Origin: a virus
Lineage: Duplodnaviria; Heunggongvirae; Uroviricota; Caudoviricetes
Strand: one strand, 5' to 3'
Virus record (IMG/VR): IMGVR_UViG_2537562194_000023
Location: 1-5,371 of that record
DNA: 5,371 bases
Under the pieces are notes generated by a model. It was not told the DNA's origin and ran no database searches. It was given only the letters and a program-made list of their open reading frames with translations. Shown here in pieces: positions 1 through 5,371 of this stretch. Made by a program: the position numbers and the translations under genes. Each line of letters starts with the position of its first letter. The stretch's first letter is position 1.

Positions 1-261
1 CTGAGTTTTTAAGTGACGTAAAACCGTGTTGAGGCCAACGCCCATAATGCGTGCACTGGCGCGACATCCGACGCCATTCATGGCCATATCAATGATTTTC
101 TGGTGCGTACCGGGCTGAGAGGCGGTGTAAGTGAACTGTAGTTGCCATGTTTTACGGCAAGGAGAGCAGAGATAGCGCTGATGTCCGGCAGTGCTTTTGC
201 CGTTACGCACCACGCCTTCAGTAGCGGAGCAGGAAGGACATCTGATGGAAATGGAAGCCAC
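1..261 (-). CDS. insA: IS1 InsA (transposition regulator), GTG start at 261-259, 3' end cut by the window edge
   Basis: Minus-strand translation from the GTG at 261 gives [87 protein letters not shown], which is 87 codons to position 1. This matches recalled IS1 InsA (zinc-finger Cys pairs, helix-turn-helix region). The six-frame track missed it because the start is GTG and there is no stop in the window; the track ORF 78-290(-) is an overlapping alternative frame. Confidence 0.85.
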   Translation of the reverse strand, partial: MASISIRCPSCSATEGVVRNGKSTAGHQRYLCSPCRKTWQLQFTYTASQPGTHQKIIDMAMNGVGCRASARIMGVGLNTVLRHLKTQ

Positions 262-293
262 GCAAGCACCTTAAAATCACCATCATACACTAA

Positions 294-316
294 ATCAGTA
301 AGTTGGCAGCATTACC
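294..316 (-). repeat. IS1 terminal inverted repeat (left end, 23 bp)
   Basis: The reverse complement of 294-316 is GGTAATGCTGCCAACTTACTGAT, matching the IS1 IRL consensus except for one base (GGTA vs GGTG). The other inverted repeat is outside the window, so pairing cannot be checked. Confidence 0.85.
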
Positions 317-480
317 GAGATTGTTTTGTCGGAACTGATACGCTGGCGCTAATAGGTAGTAGGGTTCTTATGCTAAACATACAACCTCTTTCTTAATTCT
401 CGAACCTGTTTAGGATTCTGTGTAAATTCAAAATAAACCTGTCTGAACATTCCTAACAAACATCCACCGGACATGACAAC

Positions 481-503
481 AAAAAACCGGAGCCGGACTC
501 CGG
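481..503 (-). terminator. Rho-independent terminator closing the minus-strand tail-fibre/small-ORF unit (weakly bidirectional)
   Basis: A perfect 6-bp GC-rich stem (CCGGAG 487-492 / CTCCGG 498-503) with a 5-nt loop. On the minus strand it is followed by six U (plus A-run 481-486); on the plus strand by four U (504-507). It sits 19 nt downstream of the ORF ending at 522. Confidence 0.6.
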
Positions 504-521
504 TTTTGTGAAGCTGTCGGG

Positions 522-770
522 TTACTTCATCCCGCCAATATTTTCCCACGTCCCGTCAGCACGCAGGATTTGCAGCGGTCTTACCACGCACTGTATCTGC
601 TTTTTATCCGCATCCAGTATCACCACCTGCATGATTACCCTGTCCTGCTCCGGAATAATACCATTCTCATCGGACTCCAGGATGTCTGCCGGCCCCAGTC
701 GCAGTTGTGCTGTAAGCGACTGCACGTGTTCACGGCCATCATGCTTTCCGCAACCACACAGACGCTGCAT
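522..770 (-). CDS. Hypothetical small prophage protein (82 aa) immediately downstream of the tail fibre gene; function unassigned, possibly a tail-fibre accessory
   Basis: ATG at 770-768 to the stop at 522. Codon usage is typical of enterobacteria (CTG, CGT, GGC rich) and the ORF is followed by the terminator at 481-503. The SD is weak (AT-rich leader AAAAAACTT before the ATG). It shows no resemblance I can recognise to lambda Tfa. It lies in the same reading frame as the upstream stf. Confidence 0.45.
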   Translation of the reverse strand: MQRLCGCGKHDGREHVQSLTAQLRLGPADILESDENGIIPEQDRVIMQVVILDADKKQIQCVVRPLQILRADGTWENIGGMK

Positions 771-791
771 AAGTTTTTTAGTATATTCATG

Positions 792-2105
792 TCATTCTCC
801 TGTTCTGCCTGTATCACTGCCCACTTCATTCAGCCCCTTAACATCCTGCCACGGCCCGTCACCAAACCTGACCTGCAAATGCCGAAACAGCCCCTGAACC
901 TGTGTGGCATCTTTGGGGTCAAGAAAGGTCAGTCCGGTGATGAGCGCACCATCTGTATCCGGGAACCAGCCATTGCTGTTTGTCTCAATAATGTTTCCCG
1001 GCCCCAGACGGAACCGTATTTGCGTCTCCCCCGGGTCGCCCTTCGGCCCCTGAGGTCCGGTTGCCCCCACCGGGCCAGCCGCACCTGTTTCTCCTTTCGG
1101 TCCCTGTGGGCCTGCCGGGCCTGCCGCACCGGTATCTCCCTTTGGACCCTGAGGACCTGCATTTCCCGTCAGACCGGTCTCTCCCCGCTCTCCCCTGTCA
1201 CCTTTCGGCCCCTGCGGGACTGCCGGACCAGCATCACCTGCCGGTCCCCGTTCGCCGGTTGCCCCGACAGGGCCGGTGTCACCGCGCTCTCCCTTATCTC
1301 CCTTCGGCCCCTGAGGACCCGCGGGACCCGGTCCCCCCTTTGGCCCGGGAGGCCCCACCACGGTCGGGATTCGGTTTACGGCTTCTTCCGCCGCTATCCT
1401 GCTTTGTTCCGCTGACTGTGCGCTTTCTGCTGACTCCCGGGCTTTTTCTGTTGCGGTCGTTGCATCCCTGGCTGCATTACCGGCTGCACTTTCTGCCGTC
1501 TTTCTTGACAATTCAGCTTCTGCTGCACTTTGTGATGACTCACTGGCTTTTTGAGCGGCCGCAGAGGCCGAGGACGAGGACGCCTCCTCTGACTGCTTTG
1601 CAGCGGCTGCACTTTCTGCCGCCTGCCGGGCTGACTCCGATGCATCCCCTGCTGAAGTGTCAGCATTTGCAGCGTTCTCTTCTGCCTGACTGGCTGATAT
1701 GCCGGCATTCCTCGCTGATGTCTCCGCCTCTCCGGCATTCTTCTTCGCCTCCCCGGCGTGACGCGCTGCTTCTTCCACCATCAGTTCAAAACGACGCAGT
1801 GCCTCCGGCCGGACGTCATCCTCCGACATGGCACCGAGAAAATCATTCAGCGTACCGGGTCGGGAATCTTCATACACGGTGATGGTCCCGGCATGTGACG
1901 GCGGGAAGCCCTCCACCAACAGAATGACGCTGTACTGACCGTACTCAACGTCCATGCTGTAACGACCGGCTTCATCCGGATTTTCAGAGGCCACCGTGTT
2001 CACCACCACCGTGCTGCTGGTCCGTCTGGCTTTCAGTTGAATGGTGCAGTTCTCTACCGGTTTTCCTGTGCCGTCTTTCAGTACACCTGAAATCTTTACT
2101 GCCAT
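792..2105 (-). CDS. stf: Lambda Stf-like side tail fibre protein with a collagen-like (Gly-X-Y) domain
   Basis: The N-terminus [28 protein letters not shown]...[33 protein letters not shown] closely matches the lambda Stf N-terminal domain as recalled. It is followed by an Ala/Ser/Glu-rich low-complexity segment, then about 37 Gly-X-Y triplets ([19 protein letters not shown]...), then an ~76-aa non-repetitive C-terminal domain. I place the start at the ATG 2105-2103 (MAVKIS...), preceded by GTGGGGTG; the track start at the GTG 2111 adds MN and is less likely. Synteny is J-lom-stf as in lambda. This resembles the prophage collagen-like tail fibre class described in pathogenic E. coli. Confidence 0.85.
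   Translation of the reverse strand: MAVKISGVLKDGTGKPVENCTIQLKARRTSSTVVVNTVASENPDEAGRYSMDVEYGQYSVILLVEGFPPSHAGTITVYEDSRPGTLNDFLGAMSEDDVRPEALRRFELMVEEAARHAGEAKKNAGEAETSARNAGISASQAEENAANADTSAGDASESARQAAESAAAAKQSEEASSSSASAAAQKASESSQSAAEAELSRKTAESAAGNAARDATTATEKARESAESAQSAEQSRIAAEEAVNRIPTVVGPPGPKGGPGPAGPQGPKGDKGERGDTGPVGATGERGPAGDAGPAVPQGPKGDRGERGETGLTGNAGPQGPKGDTGAAGPAGPQGPKGETGAAGPVGATGPQGPKGDPGETQIRFRLGPGNIIETNSNGWFPDTDGALITGLTFLDPKDATQVQGLFRHLQVRFGDGPWQDVKGLNEVGSDTGRTGE
1023..1355 (-). repeat. Collagen-like Gly-X-Y triplet repeat coding tract inside stf (GC-rich imperfect tandem repeats, GPQGPKG unit recurring)
   Basis: Protein residues 253-363 have Gly at every third position: 15 triplets, one break (V where G is expected in GPA-VPQ-GPK), then 21 triplets. 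At DNA level the plus strand shows recurring GGnCCnnnGGnCC-type motifs. It is coding, not a CRISPR array. Confidence 0.85.
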
Positions 2106-2116
2106 ATTCACCCCAC

Positions 2117-2143
2117 AAAAAAGCTCGCCTGAACCGGCGGGCT
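2117..2143 (-). terminator. Possible weak intrinsic terminator between lom and stf
   Basis: On the minus-strand RNA, AGCCCGCC (2143-2136) pairs with GGCGAGCU (2129-2122) with one internal C.A mismatch and a 6-nt loop, followed by UUUUU (plus 2117-2121). It is 26 nt downstream of the lom stop and just upstream of the stf start. Confidence 0.35.
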
Positions 2144-2169
2144 GTCATAACACTGTGTTACCTGGCTAA

Positions 2170-2769
2170 TCAGAACTTATAACCGACACCCACGATGAAA
2201 CCGTCAGTGCGCCAGTCGCCACTGCCGGAGCCTTCATAAGCAATATCAATGGCCACGGATTCGGTCGGGTTAAACTGCACGCCAGCCCCCCACGACAGAG
2301 ACGTGTTGCTGTGGCGACCGTCATCACTTCCGGTCAGCACATCATGCGTTTTCCCCTTGTTGTCAGTCACGCGGAGATAATCCCCGGAGAAAGTCGACAC
2401 ACGGCTGTAAGCCACGCCCGCCATCGCATACGCGCTGAACCATTCATTCACGCGCACAGACGGCCCCGCCATTACGCTGAACCAGCGGTTACGAACGGAA
2501 TCTTCATGCCAGCGGGTATCGCTGTAATGGGTCAGCTGGCGATTCTTGTCTCCTGCATAGCTGAACGACGTCACCATCCCCAGTGTGTCCGTAAACTCAT
2601 AACGGTATTTCACGTTAATCCCGTTCAGTTCATCGCTGCCAGGAACGTTCGTCGAGACATGAAGATACCCCGCGCTCAGCGTGGACTGATGTTCAGACGC
2701 CCATGCAGGCGCACCGGATACGGCCAGACAGATGGCTGCGGACAAAATGGCGGCATAAAGTTTACGCAT
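2170..2769 (-). CDS. lom: Lom outer-membrane protein (Ail/Lom/PagC/OmpX beta-barrel family), lambda lom orthologue
   Basis: The 199-aa product MRKLYAAILSAAICLAVSGAPAWASEHQSTLSAGYLH...GFIVGVGYKF is near-identical to lambda Lom as recalled. It has an N-terminal signal peptide (likely cleaved after AWA), a C-terminal aromatic residue typical of beta-barrel OMPs, and a GAGAGG SD 6 nt before the ATG at 2769. It sits between J and stf as in lambda. Confidence 0.95.
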   Translation of the reverse strand: MRKLYAAILSAAICLAVSGAPAWASEHQSTLSAGYLHVSTNVPGSDELNGINVKYRYEFTDTLGMVTSFSYAGDKNRQLTHYSDTRWHEDSVRNRWFSVMAGPSVRVNEWFSAYAMAGVAYSRVSTFSGDYLRVTDNKGKTHDVLTGSDDGRHSNTSLSWGAGVQFNPTESVAIDIAYEGSGSGDWRTDGFIVGVGYKF

Positions 2770-2793
2770 AATTACCTCTCGCTTTTCTGCAAT

Positions 2794-2817
2794 AAAAAAG
2801 GCGCCATTTCTGGCGCC
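2794..2817 (-). terminator. Rho-independent terminator downstream of the J remnant and upstream of lom
   Basis: On the minus strand, a perfect 7-bp stem GGCGCCA (2817-2811) / TGGCGCC (2806-2800) with loop GAAA is followed by six U (plus A-run 2794-2799). The plus strand has no U-tract after the stem, so it acts on the minus strand only. Confidence 0.65.
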
Positions 2818-2836
2818 CGTATATGGGTTATAAAAT

Positions 2837-3790
2837 TCAGCTGATACTGATACCTGCTGTGGATTTTTTCATCACCACAACCAGCAGATCGCTGATACTG
2901 GTTGTTGGTGTCCAGTTATTCGCTCCTGATGAAGATACGGTGAATGTCAGTGCCAGCGTCCCCTGTCCGGCAGGCATATCTATAACTGAGGAAAATACGC
3001 CCTGAACATCCGTCGTGGACTGATTAAAAATCTCCTGACCATTGCGGGTCACTCTTAACCGGCAGGTTGAATACCAGTATGACTGTTGGTTATTACTGTT
3101 GAAATTCTCATGCTTACCACCGCGGAATAACACTGGCGGTATCATGACCTGCCGGTCAAACTTCTGATCATCACCGATTCTTACCGTGATGGTGCCACTG
3201 GCATAAGTGCTCGTGCGGGGGAAAGACTTGCTGACCGTTTTGACAATATCGCCTTCAATCTGGTTGGCTGACAGTTTCCCCTTAATCTGACAGTTCTCAT
3301 TAATCGTGACGTTGTTGAGCGTCCCTGAGTTCGCATTCACACTGCCACTGATATCCGCATTTTTCGCCGTCAGTCGCCCGTCCGGCGTCAGGGAAAATGC
3401 CGGAGGATTGCCGGATGACGTGATGCTCACCGCAAACAGTCGTTTCAGGAACACGTCGTTCATGAACAGCTGATTCCCCTGCGCCACAAATAACGGCGTG
3501 CTGTTGCCGCTCTCCGGATTTATCATCGCGATACGGTCAGCCAGCAGCAGTATGTTGCTCAGTGGCTGGCCATCAGTATCCTCAATCCCTGCACCAATCC
3601 CGGCCACATAGGGAATGCCGTCTTTCGTTTTTGAACCTTCAGCATGTACAGCGCAGCCAGGTCATCATTTGTGTCCTTCTGCACGCGCTGTATCTGCTGA
3701 ATGGTGGCGCTCTGGTCTTCCTGCGTTTTACTGACCGTCTGTGTGATTTCATTGCGGGTTTCTGTGATGGTGGTCTGCATTTCCGCCATC
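2837..3790 (-). pseudogene. J: Tail tip host-specificity protein J, C-terminal remnant: 5' truncated by IS629 at 3790/3791 and carrying an internal frameshift at an A-run
   Basis: Minus-strand frame A (3790-3559) reads ...[55 protein letters not shown]... and then stops. Frame B (open from 3661 to the stop at 2837) reads ...[22 protein letters not shown]...[24 protein letters not shown]...[17 protein letters not shown], which resembles the lambda J C-terminal receptor-binding region as recalled. The two frames join cleanly if the A5 run (plus T-run 3628-3632) is restored to A6. There is no start codon or RBS for an independent gene. Position is upstream of lom, as in lambda. Confidence 0.75.
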
Positions 3791-3815
3791 TGAACCGCCC
3801 CGGAAATCCTGGAGA
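3791..3815 (+). repeat. IS629 left terminal inverted repeat
   Basis: TGAACCGCCCCGGAAATCCTGGAGA. It pairs with the reverse complement of 5076-5100 (TGAACCGCCCCGGGTTTCCTGGAGA) at 22 of 25 positions. Confidence 0.9.
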
Positions 3816-3844
3816 CTAAACTCCCTGAGAAAGAGGTAAACAGG

Positions 3845-4171
3845 ATGACTAAAAATACTCGTTTTTCCCCCGAAGTCCGTCAGCGGGCGATTCGTATGGT
3901 TCTGGAAAGTCAGGATGAATATGACTCACAGTGGGCGGCAATTTGTTCCATTGCCCCAAAGATTGGCTGTACGCCGGAGACTCTGCGTGTCTGGGTTCGC
4001 CAGCATGAGCGGGATACCGGGGGCGGTGATGGTGGGCTCACCAGCGCTGAACGTCAGCGTCTGAAAGAGCTGGAACGTGAAAATCGTGAACTGCGCCGCA
4101 GTAACGATATCCTTCGCCAGGCTTCCGCTTATTTTGCGAAGGCGGAGTTCGACCGCCTCTGGAAAAAATGA
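3845..4171 (+). CDS. IS629 OrfA (helix-turn-helix DNA-binding/regulatory protein; N-terminal part of the OrfAB transposase)
   Basis: AAGAGG SD 8 nt upstream of the ATG at 3845. The 108-aa product has a helix-turn-helix-like N-terminus and a leucine-zipper-like [21 protein letters not shown] segment typical of IS3-family OrfA. It ends in the A6 run that overlaps the orfB start. Confidence 0.95.
   Translation: MTKNTRFSPEVRQRAIRMVLESQDEYDSQWAAICSIAPKIGCTPETLRVWVRQHERDTGGGDGGLTSAERQRLKELERENRELRRSNDILRQASAYFAKAEFDRLWKK
4160..4171 (+). other. Putative programmed -1 ribosomal frameshift window of IS629 (A6 run at the orfA stop/orfB start overlap)
   Basis: The sequence TGG AAA AAA TGA (orfA frame) overlaps ATG ATG (orfB, -1 frame). 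Tandem Lys codons followed directly by a stop fit the IS3-family mechanism that produces the OrfAB transposase. Confidence 0.6.
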
Positions 4172-5058
4172 TGCCACTGCTGGATAAGCTGCGTGAGCAG
4201 TACGGGGTCGGACCGGTATGCAGCGAACTGCATATTGCCCCGTCAACGTATTACCATTGTCAGCAACAGCGACATCATCCGGATAAACGCAGTGCCCGTG
4301 CGCAGCACGACGACTGGCTGAAGAGAGAGATACAGCGCGTATACGATGAAAATCATCAGGTGTACGGTGTGCGTAAAGTCTGGCGTCAGTTGTTACGGGA
4401 AGGAATCAGGGTGGCCAGATGTACAGTGGCACGTCTCATGGCGGTTATGGGACTTGCCGGTGTTCTCCGGGGTAAAAAGGTCCGTACGACCATCAGCCGG
4501 AAAGCCGTTGCCGCAGGCGACCGCGTAAACCGTCAGTTCGTGGCAGAACGACCTGACCAGCTGTGGGTGGCTGATTTTACTTACGTCAGCACATGGCAGG
4601 GCTTCGTCTATGTGGCGTTTATCATTGATGTGTTTGCCGGATACATCGTGGGGTGGCGGGTCTCATCGTCTATGGAAACGACATTCGTGCTGGATGCGCT
4701 GGAGCAGGCGTTGTGGGCCCGTCGTCCGTCTGGCACCATCCATCACAGCGATAAAGGCTCTCAGTATGTGTCACTGGCCTATACGGAGCGACTAAAAGAA
4801 GCCGGATTACTGGCATCAACAGGGAGTACAGGCGACTCGTATGACAACGCGATGGCTGAGAGCATCAATGGTCTTTACAAAGCGGAGGTAATACACCGTA
4901 AGAGCTGGAAAAACCGTGCAGAAGTGGAACTGGCCACACTAACGTGGGTGGACTGGTATAACAATCGACGATTGCTGGGAAGGCTGGGCCATACTCCTCC
5001 GGCAGAAGCAGAAAAAGCTTATTATGCTTCCATCGGAAACGATGATCTGGCAGCCTGA
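4168..5058 (+). CDS. IS629 OrfB (DDE transposase catalytic domain; normally expressed as an OrfAB fusion by -1 frameshifting)
   Basis: The 296-aa product carries the rve/integrase-type DDE core (e.g. ...[31 protein letters not shown]..., ...[11 protein letters not shown]..., ...[18 protein letters not shown]...) in the -1 frame relative to orfA. Its ATG (4168-4170) overlaps the orfA stop (4169-4171). Confidence 0.9.
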   Translation: MMPLLDKLREQYGVGPVCSELHIAPSTYYHCQQQRHHPDKRSARAQHDDWLKREIQRVYDENHQVYGVRKVWRQLLREGIRVARCTVARLMAVMGLAGVLRGKKVRTTISRKAVAAGDRVNRQFVAERPDQLWVADFTYVSTWQGFVYVAFIIDVFAGYIVGWRVSSSMETTFVLDALEQALWARRPSGTIHHSDKGSQYVSLAYTERLKEAGLLASTGSTGDSYDNAMAESINGLYKAEVIHRKSWKNRAEVELATLTWVDWYNNRRLLGRLGHTPPAEAEKAYYASIGNDDLAA

Positions 5059-5075
5059 GTTCACAGATAAAACAC

Positions 5076-5100
5076 TCTCCAGGAAACCCGGGGCGGTTCA
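5076..5100 (-). repeat. IS629 right terminal inverted repeat
   Basis: The reverse complement of 5076-5100 is TGAACCGCCCCGGGTTTCCTGGAGA, matching the left inverted repeat apart from 3 central mismatches. Confidence 0.9.
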
Positions 5101-5371
5101 TTTTAATTGAAAGAGCAATTACCGAACAAAAGACGCTGACTATATACTCAAAACCAAACAACAATTCTGCCAATCAGGTATCATGGCAACACACGGAATT
5201 ACCATGTTTTTGCCTTCTCTGCCCATACAATACGGGCATATACTTCATACTCTATTGTAATATTTCTATCCATGCGCCCCACTCCATTTACCTGTAAATA
5301 ATATTCAAAATATTTATCACAGAAATCGTTTTTGGCCATGAACTGAGCACACTATAAAGTCCGGAACTGAC

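Larger units (their letters stand above)
1..316 (-). mobile_element. IS1-family insertion sequence, partial; the window starts inside the element and its left end is at 316
   Basis: The reverse complement of 278-316 is GGTAATGCTGCCAACTTACTGATTTAGTGTATGATGGTG, the characteristic IS1 terminus, and the insA frame follows immediately on the minus strand. It differs at several positions from the E. coli K-12 IS1 sequence as I recall it, so this is an IS1 isoform. The element continues beyond position 1. Confidence 0.9.
3791..5100 (+). mobile_element. IS629-type insertion sequence (IS3 family), complete, 1310 bp
   Basis: Terminal inverted repeats begin TGAACCGCCCCGG at both ends. It carries two overlapping ORFs, orfA (108 aa) and orfB (296 aa), in the 0/-1 arrangement typical of the IS3 family. 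OrfA ([30 protein letters not shown]...) and OrfB match IS629/IS1203-type proteins as recalled, and the 1310-bp length equals the known IS629 length. Confidence 0.95.

Noticed and set aside
78-396. Track ORFs 78-290(-) and 142-396(+) at the left edge
   Set aside because: Both lie within the IS1 insA region. The real gene is insA in another minus-strand frame starting at the GTG at 261; the plus-strand ORF crosses the IS1 terminal repeat.
929-1162. 77-aa minus-strand ORF
   Set aside because: Alternative frame inside the stf collagen region; Arg-rich artefact.
1023-1355. Periodic GC-rich repeats that might be taken for a CRISPR array or other non-coding tandem repeat
   Set aside because: The periodicity is 9 bp / 3 codons, inside a long ORF, and encodes Gly-X-Y triplets. 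There are no spacer-sized unique units and no cas genes.
570-1415. 281-aa plus-strand ORF (and the overlapping 508-897 ORF) opposite stf
   Set aside because: Antisense to the tail-fibre gene. The product is a Pro/Arg/Cys/Leu-rich low-complexity translation of the GC-rich collagen-coding repeats with no start context. It is an artefact of the repetitive GC-rich sequence.
1394-1738. 114-aa minus-strand ORF rich in Arg/Gln/Pro
   Set aside because: Lies wholly inside stf in an alternative frame; the low-complexity composition comes from the Ala/Ser-rich coding tract.
1061-1882. 273-aa plus-strand ORF
   Set aside because: Antisense to the stf collagen and Ala-rich regions. The proline/leucine-rich translation is typical of an out-of-strand read of GCn/GGn-rich codons.
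2106-2111. MNM N-terminal extension of stf from the GTG at 2111
   Set aside because: The ATG at 2105 gives MAVKISG..., the lambda Stf-type N-terminus, and has the G-rich SD-like element at suitable spacing; the GTG start leaves no room for an RBS after the hairpin U-tract.
2311-2844. 177-aa plus-strand ORF
   Set aside because: Antisense to lom, which is near-identical to lambda Lom and clearly the real gene. It crosses the lom start and the terminator.
2823-3005. 60-aa plus-strand ORF
   Set aside because: Antisense to the J C-terminal coding region; no RBS.
3559-3789. 76-aa ORF as an independent small gene
   Set aside because: It is the upstream frame of the frameshifted J remnant; its first Met follows directly after the IS629 end with no RBS, and the sequence continues a J-like coiled-coil segment.
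3562-3819. 85-aa plus-strand ORF
   Set aside because: Antisense to the J remnant and running across the IS629 left inverted repeat; no support.
3926-4246. 106-aa minus-strand ORF
   Set aside because: Antisense to IS629 orfA/orfB, which are confidently identified.
4346-4795. Two ~60-aa plus-strand ORFs (4346-4528 and 4610-4795)
   Set aside because: Alternative frames inside IS629 orfB.
4865-5173. 102-aa minus-strand ORF
   Set aside because: Antisense to the orfB 3' end and crossing the IS629 right inverted repeat; it spans a mobile-element boundary and cannot be a native gene.
1-5371. A novel defence or other undescribed multi-gene system
   Set aside because: Every substantial ORF is accounted for by recognisable phage-tail or insertion-sequence genes. 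The unassigned material is limited to an 82-aa ORF, a 21-codon gene stub and a 46-codon ORF, which is not enough to support a system-level claim.

Overview
This window reads as the decayed tail end of a lambdoid prophage from an Enterobacteriaceae (E. coli/Shigella-type) genome, bracketed by two insertion sequences. The prophage genes all lie on the minus strand: a J (host-specificity) C-terminal remnant, an intact lom, a side tail fibre with a collagen-like Gly-X-Y domain, and a small unassigned ORF, separated by hairpin terminators. At the left edge (1-316) is a partial IS1-family element with insA running off the window. At 3791-5100 is a complete 1310-bp IS629-type (IS3 family) element with orfA/orfB and a frameshift window; it truncates J and has no target-site duplication, and the DNA to its right is unrelated and AT-rich. 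I find no rRNA, tRNA or CRISPR array, and no convincing evidence of a novel multi-gene system. The points worth a second look are the IS-mediated truncation, the collagen-like tail fibre and the in-frame small ORF behind it, two single-base A-run contractions (in J and in the IS1 frameshift motif), and two short orphan ORFs next to the IS ends. All identifications rest on reading the sequence and recalled protein families; no database search was run.
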